Assembly (NCBI GenBank): GCA_964016885.1 | Contig: OZ024743.1 | Coordinates: 7,750,001-7,814,000, forward strand | DNA from: Eledone cirrhosa | Taxonomy: Eukaryota | DNA: 64,000 nt | Direction of reading: 5' to 3' | In this document: one piece after another, positions 13,695 to 27,513 of the stretch | How the letters are laid out: each line of letters starts with the position of its first letter | Position numbering within the stretch: the first letter of the stretch is position 1 | Program-made: the position numbers and the translations under genes | The notes under the pieces: generated by a model | Seen by the model: only the letters and a program-made list of their open reading frames with translations | Told to the model about the DNA's origin: nothing | Database searches by the model: none

Positions 13695-13910
13695 TAGAGT
13701 CGTAGGGGCGCCGTATTGACATATAGCGTTTCTTGGGCATTTTAATCCTGGCAGAGCCCATCCCTCTCCAGTTTTTTTCTTCTTCTAGAGAGAGGAAAAC
13801 TCGACTCCAGTACTAGACTGATACATTTTTTATCGACCTCGAAAGATGAAATGCAAAGTTGACCTCGGCGGGATTTGAACTCTAGCGACTGTGCCAATTC
13901 GCCACCTATA
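13695..13910 (-). mobile_element. SINE variant S2 (S1 head and core with a different 3' part)
   Basis: GAGTCGTAGGGGCGCC.TATT.ACATA...GCATTTTAA.CCTGGC..AGCCCATCCCTCTCCAG joined to the S1 core; also at about 25333-25640, 27345-27630, 27727-27985 (minus) and 44130-44430 (plus). Confidence 0.75.
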
Positions 13911-15145
13911 CTTATATAGACATATCAAAACTCAAACAAACAATGTAGAGAGCAAACAGAGTAGATGATAGAAAATAAAATAAAAGATATCTTGGTCCTT
14001 AATAAAATCAATAACAAAACGACAAAAACTGAAAAAAAAGAAGCAAGTATTATAGAATTGTAAAATAAAATTAAAAAAAAACGAAAACAATTAGCCGAAA
14101 TCAAAGACTAAAACAAGAGAACGCCACTAAATCACAAAGAAGCACCAGTGTTACAAACGGCAAAGATTCCCTTGAAGAGACTTAGTTCGACTCCACCAAC
14201 CCAAAACGTGTTTATATAAACCCAGATAAAAAGTAAAATAGAAATCAATGCAGTCCTAGCAGCATGTGAAGTAAATGTTGTGAGGCGGGATTATGGAGAA
14301 TGATAACATTAGCAAAACAATAATCGAGGAAGGCCATAACAACAGGAAAAGTAGCACAGACGATGCAAAAGACAAACAATTGGAAGACGTCAGGATATGA
14401 TAGAACCACCATCTATGCGTTAATGTATTTAACAGGGAAATATAAGGTACTAGCAGAGATGTTTAATAAGTTAGTGACGGCGCCGGAGATAGAACTCGAT
14501 TGGTTCACTAAGGGGAAATTATCTTAATCCCTAAGACTAATGAAACAGCAAACATTAAAACAACATACCCATAAACTATCTCCTTACAGCTCACAAAACC
14601 TTAACTACAATAATATCACAGAATAAAAGAACATCTGGGAAAAATGACCTGTTTCCTAAAGAAAGGATAATGTAAAGGCTCACTTGGTTGTAAAAATCAG
14701 TAGCCATAACCGAAAGTTGTTGAAGGAGAAATAAGGGTTTGAGTGTGGCATAGACGGACTACCAGAAGGAGTTTGACAGTGTTTCGTGTTTCTCATATGT
14801 GGATGAATAAGACAGTATCAAAAATAAACAGATACTTTAAGAATAGCATGAATAAATGGCAAACAACTCTGCAGATATCTGTATCTGCAGAGTTGTTTGC
14901 CAAAAGAAGGAATTACAAAATCTCTCTATCTTCACTAGAAGAGCAAGCATTCTAAAAAGACTTCTCTCAACTCCTTTAAGTACCTTTAATCAACATTTGA
15001 AACAATACAAATTATATAGGAGGGCAATGTTCCTTGTATATACTATTTTATATATATACTATTATATATACTATTATATATGTATATACTATTTTATATA
15101 TATATATATTAATTCAAAATATTAAAAAATATAGACATTCATGTA

Positions 15146-15230
15146 ATCAAATATATTTTATTATATATATTTCGGAGGTACTGTGCTGTTTCCTCAGTAC
15201 GTCCTCATCAGATAAAATATATAAATTGAT
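15146..15230 (-). ncRNA. Type I hammerhead ribozyme H1 (inverted arm)
   Basis: Minus: AUAUUUUAU-CUGAUGA-GGAcGUACUG..CAGUACcUCC-GAAA-UAUAUA-UA-AUAAAAUAU. Confidence 0.8.
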
Positions 15231-15427
15231 GTATAACATACCTCAACTGTGCTGATGGTTCAATTCCAGTCTTGGCAGTGATTAATTATAACAAAACTCA
15301 ATATTTATATACCATATTTTATATACCAATATTTATATACCATGGTATATAAATATTGAGTTTTTGTTATAATTAATCACTGCCAAGACTGGAATTGAAC
15401 CATCAGCACAGTTGAGGTATGTTATAC

Positions 15428-15512
15428 ATCAATTTATATATTTTATCTGATGAGGACGTACTGAGGAAACAGCACAGTACCTCCGAAATATATATAATAC
15501 AATATATTTGAT
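15428..15512 (+). ncRNA. Type I hammerhead ribozyme H1
   Basis: CTGATGA at 15447; stem II GGAcGTACTG/CAGTACcTCC; GAAA at 15485; stem III TATATA; AUA site with cleavage predicted after 15496; one mismatch in stem I. Confidence 0.8.
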
Positions 15513-15661
15513 TACATGAATGTCTATATTTTTTAATATTTTGAATTAATATTAATAACTCCAGAAAGTTTTTCTGTTGAGTGCTTCTAATCTATTGTAA
15601 AACTATATTCATTGATTAATCAATGAAACTTGTTTAACTTTTGGTTATATATATATATATG

Positions 15662-15703
<42 letters not shown>

Positions 15704-15710
15704 CATATAC

Positions 15711-15770
<60 letters not shown>

Positions 15771-16499
15771 ACGACCTCAAGTTATACGTTCAAGGTAATA
15801 AACTACTAGAAAGACAATTGCAGATTGTGTACAGGTTTACTGGAGGAATTGATATGAAACTCAGATTAGAAAACTACGTCGAGTTTATCTTAAAAAGAGA
15901 GAAACATTAAGGACAGCAATATGAATACTTAGGAATCAATAAACGAGATTGAGTATAAGATACACAAAGAAAAAGTTGGGAAGGAGTGTTATAGATCAAT
16001 ATTAAATGCAAATAATAAGATGATAGTCATGAACACTGTTGCAGCTAATACCAACAAATTGTATTTATCATGAATATAATTATCATACGTAATTATAAAA
16101 TTATTGTAGAATACCCACTGAAAGGATTACAAAAATATTTAATAAAGAATAAGGGAAAACTCATGAAATCATAACAAAACAAGAAAAAAAAAAAACTGTT
16201 TTCTCAAAGAAGCCGGGAGTTTCTGCACCAAATGGAAACGGTCAAATGTTTAATGAGGGTATTAAGGTCAACACATTTGGCTGAGAAAAATATATGAGAA
16301 TCACGAAAAAAAAAAAAAATACAGTAAGATGAACCGTAATTAGGAGAATATAAGAACTTATAATCCAAGGCAAGGTAACCTTGAGGTAATAAATAGAAAC
16401 CAAGTGCAAGATGAAGAAATGAAAAAAAAAAAAAAAAATAATCAGAACAAATTTTGTTGAAATATCCGAAACTTCTCATGAAGCGCGCTTATTATAAAT

Positions 16500-16718
16500 A
16501 ATTGTTTCTACTTTAGGCACAAGACCAGCAATTTTGGGGGAGGGGAAAGTCGATTAAATCGAGCCTAGCGCATTACTGGTGCTTTATTTTATCGACCCCA
16601 TAAGGATCAAAGGCAAAGCTAAGCGTGGCGGGATTTAAACTCAGAACGTAAAGGTCCATAACTCTATGCTACAGGACATGGTGTCTGACTCTACCGATAC
16701 CGCCAATCTACCACCCTG
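16500..16718 (-). mobile_element. SINE S1
   Basis: Full head-core-tail match to the other S1 copies. Confidence 0.85.
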
Positions 16719-17199
16719 CTTATTGTCAATAATAAGAAAATGTTTATAAATGTAAATAACACTAATGATGTTAAATTGAAACCCAATGATATTTAATAAT
16801 ATAATACACGAACTAGGAAGCTGCTCATTTCTGTATTGAGCTTTTCACTACAAAGATGACATATTGATTGAGCAGGTTGAGGTTTGGTTCAAATAGAAGC
16901 AAAAATGTGTTCGACTGGATCTCCATGTTAAACAGACAAAGAACAATTTTATAAATGCAATTTACAATTACGATATAAGTAAATAGTTATACATTGTCTG
17001 TAAACAGAGAAATCTAGAAAACAATCAAACTTCAACGACACAGAATTCACAGTAATGTTGCAAGCCAGGCAAAGGTAAAAAAGAAGTAGAAACTACATAC
17101 AAATAGGAAACGTAATATGTAAATATATGACAACGAAAAACAAGCTGAGTAAAGAAACCACTCCATAGGGATCGACTCATCTCAAAATAGATAAAAAAG

Positions 17200-18125
17200 C
17201 TTGCGACGTAAATATCATATACATATTGGCTGACAAGCCTAAATCTAAATAGAGAGACTAGAGCCGATATACAACTAGTGCTTTAACATCAAACATTACA
17301 AGAAAATAATCTTGAAAATACCAGGAAACTCTAAATACCGCATGTACAGACAATCCGATGAGACATTTGATCGTGTATATGCTTGATGCTCAGTATTAGC
17401 TAGTATTGAATGCGTACATAACATATCAGCTGGATATCCACAGAAGACAATATGTAAGCATTGCTAGAACCCCATCGCAATTAAATAACATAAATACATT
17501 CTAGAACAGGGTGAAAGAGAAAGAACGAGAGAAGGTTGGTGAGAAAGAAGGTGGTTGAGGGAGAAAGCGTGTGTGAAAGTGAGGATTGTGAGACCGAGGG
17601 GTGAGAGAAAGAGAGAGTGTGAGAGAGAGAGCTATACATATTGACAATAAGATAGCTGTAAATCACAAGATATAAACAATTTGATATGCGCCTTAATTGG
17701 CAAATATTGAAATTTTGGAGAATGAAAGTTTTCAAAATACAAAGATATTGCACACGGATGATATACATAAAGATATTTAAAATGTGACATATGACCAAGA
17801 ACAGTATACATTCATGCTTGAATAGTAAATGTTCTAAGAAATGCTCAAAAGAATAAAATTTCTCAAGTAAACTATCTCCAAACGAAGAAGAAACATATTC
17901 AATATAGATTTTGATATATTATAATCATATATGGTAAACATATGACACAGTACTGGTTTATCAAGTGGAATAAGGTTAAGGTTGATGAGATAGAGCACAG
18001 AACAAGAAAAATGATGAGCATGTATAAGGCATTACTTCCTAAAGCAAGTGTAAATTGACTGTACATGAAACGCACAGTTGGAGACAGAACACTGATAACT
18101 GCTATTGAATATATTGAGAATGAGT
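17200..18125 (+). mobile_element. Decayed R4-like fragments
   Basis: IKWNKVKVDEIEHRTRKMMSMYKALLPKASVN.LYMKRTVGDRTLI (about 17958-18100) parallels the post-RT region of the other R4-like copies. Confidence 0.55.
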
Positions 18126-21067
18126 AGTGAATCATTAATTATTCAGTATTAATGGACCTAGAAAAGAGAAATATAGAGTGTAAAGAAGAATTTAACAATG
18201 TACTTTTATCCCTCCAATCCAACTCCGCAAAAAAAAGCTCTGAGATATATGAACTTATAATTACCATGGTAAATGATAATGCAAAGCCTTAGTATACAGG
18301 CTACCCACCGTATACCACATAATACACATAACATAATTTTCCATAGCAAAAATAACAATAGAGCGTTAATAACAAGAGCGAATGATTACAATGTGCAGAA
18401 GCTAAGGAATAACACAAACTATTTGATTCACTACATTATAGCAGTGAAGAAATTGTCATTCATCTCTTATATAATCTATACAATGGGAATGATACATAAT
18501 CGCTACTGTAAAGAAGCGAAGTTACCTACAGTAACTGTAAATGTTGCAGCAGTCAAATTGAGCCAAGTTCCGCAATAACTTTATGGTCTTCGGGGTTAAA
18601 TCTTGGATGTTCATATTGCTCTCTACCGATCACATCTCATTTATATTCCCTTGGCGCTCCCCGCTCGTATGTACTTTCCTATAGAGGTGATGACGAGGCA
18701 AGATTCAATGTAATCGTTAATGACCTTCGCAGTAAACCTGTTGCGTTGTCCCATATATTGTGACACATGCCTATGGGTAGATATATGACGCACCAGTTCG
18801 AACTGCTTTTTTTCCACGATCTATTTTTTGAAAACCTAGCATGAACTTTCATAAGCCCTACTTCGACTGATGTAGTTAGACTACTTTTCTTAGGACTACG
18901 GATACCTCCAGTTACTTTTTCTTTGAAGGCGTATGGCAAACCGTTGTTTTTTAGAGATGCTAAAATATGTAATCTCCCCCTTGTTTGCTCATCGATGAAG
19001 ACTTGAAGCAAGAAAGCGTTTTCTTTGGACATCACTGTCACTCTTTAGAAATAACAACATTTTCATCCGTTAAAATAGGATTATTTTTTCGTTTGGCAAA
19101 ATGTATGTCTGTGGGTTGTTGTTGTTGCAGTTGCTGCTGTTCCATTTGTTTATGTTGTGCAAATTTGTGATTCTAGGCATTAAATTGTGACTATATATGC
19201 TCAAAAGTTTATTTGTTTCAGTTTCACCTTTTCTGTTATCATTTTAAATTTCATTTTTGTTTATTCGAAAATTTCTTCATTATGTTCTGTATTACTCTCG
19301 TTAGATCTTACTGTTTCTACTAGAGAGAAAGCCATATTAAACATTTAGCGATCAAAATAATTTTTGTGAAAAGAAAATAATGTCTAAAAGATAAACATTC
19401 CGTCTACCCTATGTATTGGATTAAATGTCCTGACGTTCTAAAGCCTAATTTTTGTGAAATAATTCAAAAAGAAAAAGAAAATAATTCGAGCAGTTAACAA
19501 TAGAATTTTGCATGAAGGTGTCTTTAAGAGACGACTGTTTATGCCTAAAATGCAATAACAAATGATAATGAATAATCAGAATTATATATAACTAATGTAA
19601 AGCACCTAGAAAATATGTGGCTTAAATTGTTCATTAAGTTTGATAAAACAATACATAGGAAAATGTAGAAAAATCGTGAGTAAAAATGAATTTTAACAGA
19701 AATAATCAAATTATTATTTACACATTTGGAAGAATTGCGCCCATTGAATAGAAGTAATGAATAGCAAGTTATAATCGGAATAGAAGCATTATTCTCATTG
19801 TTGATCTCATTATTTACTGGAAACTTGATCAAGAAACTACTTCAAATATAGAATGAAACACTAAATTATTCACTTAACACAGAATACTATAATGAGATAT
19901 TATTATGCAAATATTATGGGAAAAAATTGTCGCACTTAATCAGGAAATGTTCCCTCGCAAACTGCAATAACTGACGTTCTATTTGGTTAGATCTACATAT
20001 AGCATGGACATTAATCACATTACAACAGAACACTTCTTCTTTTTAGGATTCTGTAATGTTTAATACAAACCGCCCAAACTTACTATCTACTACATATCTA
20101 AATGTTTAACAGAACTAAAGGTCTCAATGCAGAAATATTGGGCACAGACAAAACATAAAAGAGCCTGCAAAAACTTCCCCTGAACATTCAGTAGCTAGCA
20201 TGTGTTTTCGTAGGTACACATTAAGAAATGTTGTCATATTAAGAATTTTAAATAGCTTTAGGATGTTATTGCTTCTACGAGACAGAAAACATTTATATCT
20301 CTATATACGTATATATATCATCGATATTGTTCTATTTTACTGATCAAATATATTAATACAAACTTTATAGTTTTCTTCGTGTCGGATGAAATAGTTGTAA
20401 CATACATATCGAATTTTACCTTGGAATTATGTAACATTTTTATTATGCTCACTTTCAACAAACACTCATCAATGCCATGGGATTAAAATGCTAGGAGATT
20501 ATTTTCTTGTTGTTCTATCTATAATTGTTAGAACAATAGAGAAATTGTATATTGGTTTAATCAGTGTTATACCAGCCATTTAACCATTCAGAAGCTGTCA
20601 AGTAGGTCGAAAATAATTCACTATTTTCCTGCTAACTGTTTAAAAAATATTGACAACTTACTCAATCATTATGGTCTCTTAAACCCACGTATCAGTGTTT
20701 ATAATTTCCATTCATACCTATTACAATAAATTGAAAAAAAAATTGCACTATGATATTCATGCAGAGAAATTTGTGACTAGAGATAATATAGTGACGTTGC
20801 ATTTGTTGGACTATACTTTACTTATATGGTTTAGAATTTAGTCATTATAGAGCAATTATAGTTTATATTTTGACTGTTATTTGAAAGAAAGTTGACAGCC
20901 GAGAAGCAAGGTTTAGTTACATACTACACACACTTTCTAAGACATCTCTCTCAGAATGTTCAGTAATACGTGTAGAAGTATGACTACATTAGATAAACAC
21001 TGCTATATAAACACGCACATAATAAAATATCGGTTATAAAGCTCGTATATATATATATATATACGAG

Positions 21068-21104
<37 letters not shown>

Positions 21105-21155
21105 ATGTATATATATATTTATATATATATGTATATACATAACATACATACATAC

Positions 21156-21236
<81 letters not shown>

Positions 21237-21738
21237 GTACACACACACACATATATATATAAGAAAATTTAAAAGAAAAAAGGGGTTGTTAGGAAAATGA
21301 GAAAGAAATAAAGATAGAAAAAAAGGCATTAAGTGACCAGCAGCACCTGTCAGGGAAACGACTGAAATATTCACCAACAATAACCAATAAAATTGCCGTG
21401 CCAATACAAGACAGCAGTCACATTGGCAGACCTATAAAATTTAGGTGCTTAGTACTTATAGTCTCGTCCAAACTAACACCTGTCCTCATTACTGAAGTAT
21501 TTGGCACACATTCTCAGTCAGTTTATCTTGGCAAAGCGTTTAATAATGAAATGAAAAGATTCAGTTCGGTTGCTTGGAATGCAGACCTCCATTGCTTAGC
21601 CCACCAGAATGTCATTTTTATTCAATGGGATAACGGAAAGTTTTGATGCTGTTATCATTTTTCTTTTCATTTTTTCATTCTTATCTTCTGAATAGGACGT
21701 TTTGTTCTCTCCGCTGAAGTTTATTTATCAGAAACATT

Positions 21739-21917
<179 letters not shown>

Positions 21918-22834
21918 CGTCAGTGTGTATGCGTGTATGTATTTATATATAAATACATACACATATTTATGATTACATACATATATACACGTATATATTA
22001 TTTGTATTTATTTGTTAAGACAACATTTTATGAAACCTAAACGCAAATATAAAAGCCGAATTTGATCTTCAGCATTTCTATTTATTAACACCGGTATTCT
22101 ATATTTTGAAACAAAACACGAATAACTTGTTCAGTTGAACTTGAGTTTTGCAATAGAATAGAAGGGGTTTTACATTGACTCGATAAAAAAATACATCTCC
22201 ATCTTTATTTGGCATAGTATTAAGTATTACGTATACTTATTTCTTACCGAGACACTGGGTTACAAATTTATTGTGCTAGTGAGTCCCTAAATCCATTGAA
22301 CATTTAAGTTTCGTGTACACTATCATATCAACTTGACTGGGTCGATCCCTCCCCAAGCTATTCATCCAGGAACAATTAAATTCACATAAACATTTCTGCG
22401 CCGCTATTGCACAAAGCGGTGACGTGTTCATCTCTGTTGTAACTAGTATATATGAAAATGGTTCTCAGAAACCCAGATCACGTTCCTCTATTTGCAACTC
22501 TAGGTTTCCCCAACTCCTCTCCCATTTTGAATTGTCTTCCAGTCATTTTTTCACCATTATACTTTTACAATGTGAATTATTAAAACGATTTATTAAAGCA
22601 AATGACTTTATTAATTGCAATCAAATAAGGGAAGAAATTCTAATTTCAACGGCCAATAAAACTTTCTATTTGAGCTAATGATTAAATATGCTGTTAGGAG
22701 GGTCAAAAGCAATTTGTTAAATATTATCAAAAGAAAAAAAGAGCGTAATACGAAATTTCCCGTAACTCAAAACTTCCATTTGATTTAACGATCATTTTGG
22801 CCTGTGTGCAGAGAAACTATACTAGAAAATACAG

Positions 22835-22985
22835 GAAGAATTCCAGTTAGATACTGGTACTTTATTTTGACTGGCACTGGAAGGCATAGTTGACCTCGGC
22901 AGGATTTGAACTCAATGTAAAGAGCCAGAACAAATATCCCAATGGTACTTTATCCGACGCTCTACTTACTCTTTCAATCCACCTC
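22835..22985 (-). mobile_element. Decayed SINE S1
   Basis: CTGGTACTTTATTTT...GTTGACCTCGGCAGGATTTGAACTC...TCCGACGCTCTAC. Confidence 0.7.
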
Positions 22986-25332
22986 TCTTAAGATAATTGA
23001 AATATCAAAATATTGTCTCTTTTATAACTCAATAAATGAACATTATATTTACTTGATAACAAAATCTACAAGGAGATATTTCAATGTGATTTTTCATATT
23101 GTGATTATGTCTTCTTTAAAATGTCAGTAGATTTTCAAACATTGTTTGGGATCGTATTTCTCTTAAGGCTAGTGTAAAAAAAGGAGAAAATATTGATTTC
23201 TTAAATATATAAATACGTTAATCAGCTGAAACTACTTGCCTATTCTAATCCTGTAACGTATTGATTATAAGGACACAATTTGTATTTTTCTACTGTGTAC
23301 AAGGTTGCAATCACCAGTGAAAACTGTTGTTTCTCAAATAAAATTTCATTAATTGGCATCACGGGCCATACTATTGACTTAAAGGATAAAGCACAAAAAT
23401 CGATATTTGCCAGTACCAAATTGGAAGCATATTCAAATACCTCTTACAAGTTTAACGCAACAAAATTGAGATATAGTTTGGATACATAATCTTGTCTTGT
23501 TTGGAATATAAACAATGTGAACCAATTTAAAACTTTCTTACAAATTGGAAGACCTTTAAAACTTCTTTCATAGCTGCAACATAACTATGCTGACAGGTCT
23601 TTAAGATAATAATTACAATGAGACTTGGTAAGTATATGATTTTAATATAATTTCGATAATACCAGCAACCTCTACTATAGTTTCGAGGGGGAAATTTGGA
23701 TACTGGTACAAATTAAGATGGATCACCCTCAGATTAACTTTACATATTGCACCAGTATGACAGTTCAAGAAATGATAATATTAGAAATATATCTAAGGAT
23801 TTAATAAACCATTTGGAACAACCCAACAGAGATTCGAATATCATTCTCTATATAAGAGTCTTTGGAAAAATGCTCAATTCTTGTGTGAGTGCTGAGAAAG
23901 CATGACTCTTCAAAATCGAACTTAGAAATGTTATATAATGTAGTCTTTCATATGTTAAAGGTGAACAACATGACCAAAATTATACTTATTTTATTTATTA
24001 ATTCACCAGTTCATAGAACACTTTATAATAAAATGAGTTATTAACTTTCCTATACTCACTAATTTAACGTTTTCAATTTCTACGTGTTAGCACGTAGATG
24101 AATTGTAAATTGAAGCAAGTTCTACTAAATCAAAATTATTACGTATTGCCCTATATAGGCAAATAACCCATCATATGTTCCTAATAATATTATATCCCGT
24201 TTGAAAGATTGAAATAGACCAATAGGTAGTAAGAGCGAGAGAGAATGAGAAGAAAACAAATGAAAATATATTATATCTCAGTTGTTGCTTTACACCCCTC
24301 ACACATATACATACACATGTATGTATGTATGTATGTATGTATGTATGTATGTATGTATGTATGTATGTATGTATGTATGTATGTATGTATGTATGTATGT
24401 ATGTATGTATGTATGTATGTACGTACGTACGTACGTATGTATGTATGTATGTATGTACGTACGTTCGTATGTATGTATGTATGCATGTATGTATGTATGT
24501 ATGTATGTATGTATGTATGTGGTGGCAGTTGGCTCACTATGGAATATAACCACATTTCTCTCTTTGCTTTTAAGATGTAGTACCTTGCTGTCATGAGCTC
24601 CTACAATGATGAAAACACGCACTAGTATGGCAAGACCAAGACTCCTTTTTCTAGACAGTAACGGTACTTCAACAGAGGATGCAGTCACACTGGGAGCCAA
24701 AAGATCACTACTGCTTCTGCAGTGCCTCCAACGAAACTACGAAAGTCGTGGTATTTCATTTGTGCAGACGCGTGTGATATTCCCACTGTCCCAACGGAAG
24801 TTTCACTGTCTACTTGCGTTTTGGAGATGTCTAAGTCTTGACTTGTACTTCGGAAAATAAACTGTTAAAAGTAGCAGCACATCAAATTTGATAACAACAA
24901 ACGCATGCGCAACTCGAGTATCATTCTCTAAATATTTGAATTCACCAAACTAGCAACAAGCAAAAGTATGAAGGTAAGATAACCAGAGACTACTACTACA
25001 CACACATACACGCAACACGCACACGCACACACACACACACACACACATATATACATATATATGCACACACACGCACACACATATATATATATATCCTTTG
25101 ATACAATTTTTTTTATCGCGCAGTGTGTCTAAACCTCACCCTTCTTATCGAGCAGGCTTGATGGTGAGGTCGTTTTAGTCACTAACAACTCGACTATGCA
25201 ACTGGTTGTACTGGGCTACATGTTACTAATAACACTTAAGAGTGATTACATATACACATATGTCTGTATATATGTATGTCAGAAACAACCCATTAAAATA
25301 TGATGAAAGGAAAATCAGTTATATTTTTGAGG

Positions 25333-25640
25333 GAGTCGTAGGGGCGCCATATTAACATACACGTACGGCGTTTCTTGAGCATTTTAAGCCTGGCGAAACC
25401 TATCCCTCTCCAGGCCTGAGTATAGTAGATTTCTTTCCAGAGAAGGATAGAAAATGAGAGAGAGGAAGCGAGAAAGAGATATACAGGAAGAATTGACTCC
25501 AGTACTTCACTATTACTTTTTTTTATCAACCTCGAAAACATGAAAGGCAAAATGGACCTCAGCGGGATTTGAACTCAGAGAGCAGAGAACCAGAACGAAT
25601 ACCACAAATTATTCTGTCCGACGTTCTAATGACGCTGCCT
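25333..25640 (-). mobile_element. SINE variant S2
   Basis: GAGTCGTAGGGGCGCC...CCTGGCGAAACCTATCCCTCTCCAGGCC joined to the S1 core and B box. Confidence 0.75.
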
Positions 25641-26009
25641 TTTAGTGAATCTAATAGTAATAGCTAAATATTTTAGTAGAACTTAATATGATGTTCTATT
25701 GTAACGAAGATCCTTAATCAAATATTTGAAAATGTAGATGATAGTTCTGCCCACAATTCTATATAATTATAACACGTATCATTGTTATTGCCACATTTGC
25801 TTTACAAATATGAGGATGTCTTCAACAGTTTTATTTGGATCCTAGACCATGGTTACTGCAAGACATGATGACAGTAAAAACATAGTATGACTTAAACTAA
25901 AGTAGCCAACAACATCGTTCGTTATTTATGTGTTGTTCCGAAAAAGATGCAATACAGAGTGGTTATAGTGAGCTCAATTCCTGACAGTGCACAGTACCTT
26001 TGAATAATA

Positions 26010-26975
26010 CATGGTCAACTTTGCTTTTCCTCCTTCCGGAGTCGATGAAATAAAGTACCAGTCAATCACTGGGGTTGATTTTATAGACTTTTCCCTTTCC
26101 TTTAAATTGCTGGTCTTGTGCCTAAAGCAGAAATCATTATTAATAATTGTTTCTACTTTTTGGCACAAGGCCAGCAATTATCTCAGTATATTACTGGTAC
26201 TTTATTTTATCGACCCCGTAAGGATGAAAGGCAAAGTTAACCTCGGCGGGATTTGAACTCAGATCATAAAGGGCCGTAACTCTATGCTGCAAAGCATGGT
26301 GTCCGACTCTTTACCGATACTGCCAATCCACCGCCCTTTATTTGTAACAAATAATATGTGTATTCTTTGGCGTTTACATATTGTTGCTGCTATTATTGCA
26401 GATACACTTTACGTTCTGAGTTTAAATCTCGCCAAGGCCAACTTTGTCTTTTATCCTCCAGCTTCGATAAAAAATACCAGTCAAATATTGGTGTTGATTT
26501 AATCAACTTTCCTTCTCCCTTGATGGCCTTGTGCCTACGTTTGAAACCATTATAGAGCTAAGGAATGTTCTGTTTGATATTGAAAATTATGCAATAAACA
26601 AAGTAGTGTTGATATTATATACATTCATATGCATATATATAAAAGCATATACTTATAAAGACACATACAACCAAAATATTATTAATAATGATTTATTTAC
26701 AGACTGAGTTCAAATCCCGCTGAGGTTAACTTTGCCTTTCATCCTTACGGGGTCGATAAAATAAAGTACCAGTAATGCACTGGGTAATTGCTGGCCTTGT
26801 GCCAAAAAGTAGAAACAATTATTAATAATGATTTCTGCTTTAGGCACAAGACCAGAAATTTAAGGGAAAGGGAAAAGTCTATAAAATCAACCCCAGTGAT
26901 TGACTGGTACTTTATTTCATCGACTCCAGAAGGAGGAAAAGTAAAGTTGACCATGGCGGGGTTTGAACGCTGAGT
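26010..26975. mobile_element. Cluster of five S1 SINE segments forming a 250-bp inverted repeat
   Basis: 26010-26262 is the near-identical reverse complement of 26704-26955; a further plus-strand copy lies at about 26410-26552. Confidence 0.85.
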
Positions 26976-27344
26976 TCAGGCGTTATGATTGGTTACCTTT
27001 GATCTTAGACGGTCTGAAACTAAATAGCATGCATCATCTAAGACACTAATGTCTATGAAGTGAGCTCATAATAATTCAGCATAACAATTGAAAGAATAAG
27101 CTTCTGATATTGTTAATATATAAATATTTTCGTAATTAAGTGAAACCTATTAACGAGTTCTCATTCTCCAATAAACGGTTTATCTCTCCAAATACATCTT
27201 TACCTGGTTACTAAAATTCCATAAAATTTACTGTTCCATTTCATCTCATATTTCAGATATGCATTAGTACACTACCTCTAAATTGTAAAATGGATGGGGT
27301 TGAGTCATGCCATGCCATGGGTCTTTAACTAGTAATGGAGTTTT

Positions 27345-27440
27345 AGGGGCGCTGTAGTTACAATCAGCGTGTCTTGGTCATTGAAAACTTCGGGTCTGAA
27401 CACAGCTGATATCTACCAGAGAAACAAAACAGATATATAG

Positions 27441-27513
<73 letters not shown>

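Larger units (their letters stand above)
15106..15645 (+). mobile_element. Hammerhead foldback module H1: about 445-bp near-perfect palindrome plus about 90-bp tail in (TA)n
   Basis: 15106-15315 is the reverse complement of about 15343-15552; centre CCATGG with slipped ATTTATATACCA units; tail TAATAACTCCAGAAA...GTTGAGTGCTTC.AATCTA.TGTAAAACT is shared with 49860-49950. Confidence 0.85.
14150..16050 (+). mobile_element. Decayed R4/Dong-like RT interrupted by a hammerhead foldback and (TA)n
   Basis: NWKTSGYD; WFTKG..ILIPKTNET before the insert; [22 protein letters not shown] resumes at about 15764. Confidence 0.7.
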
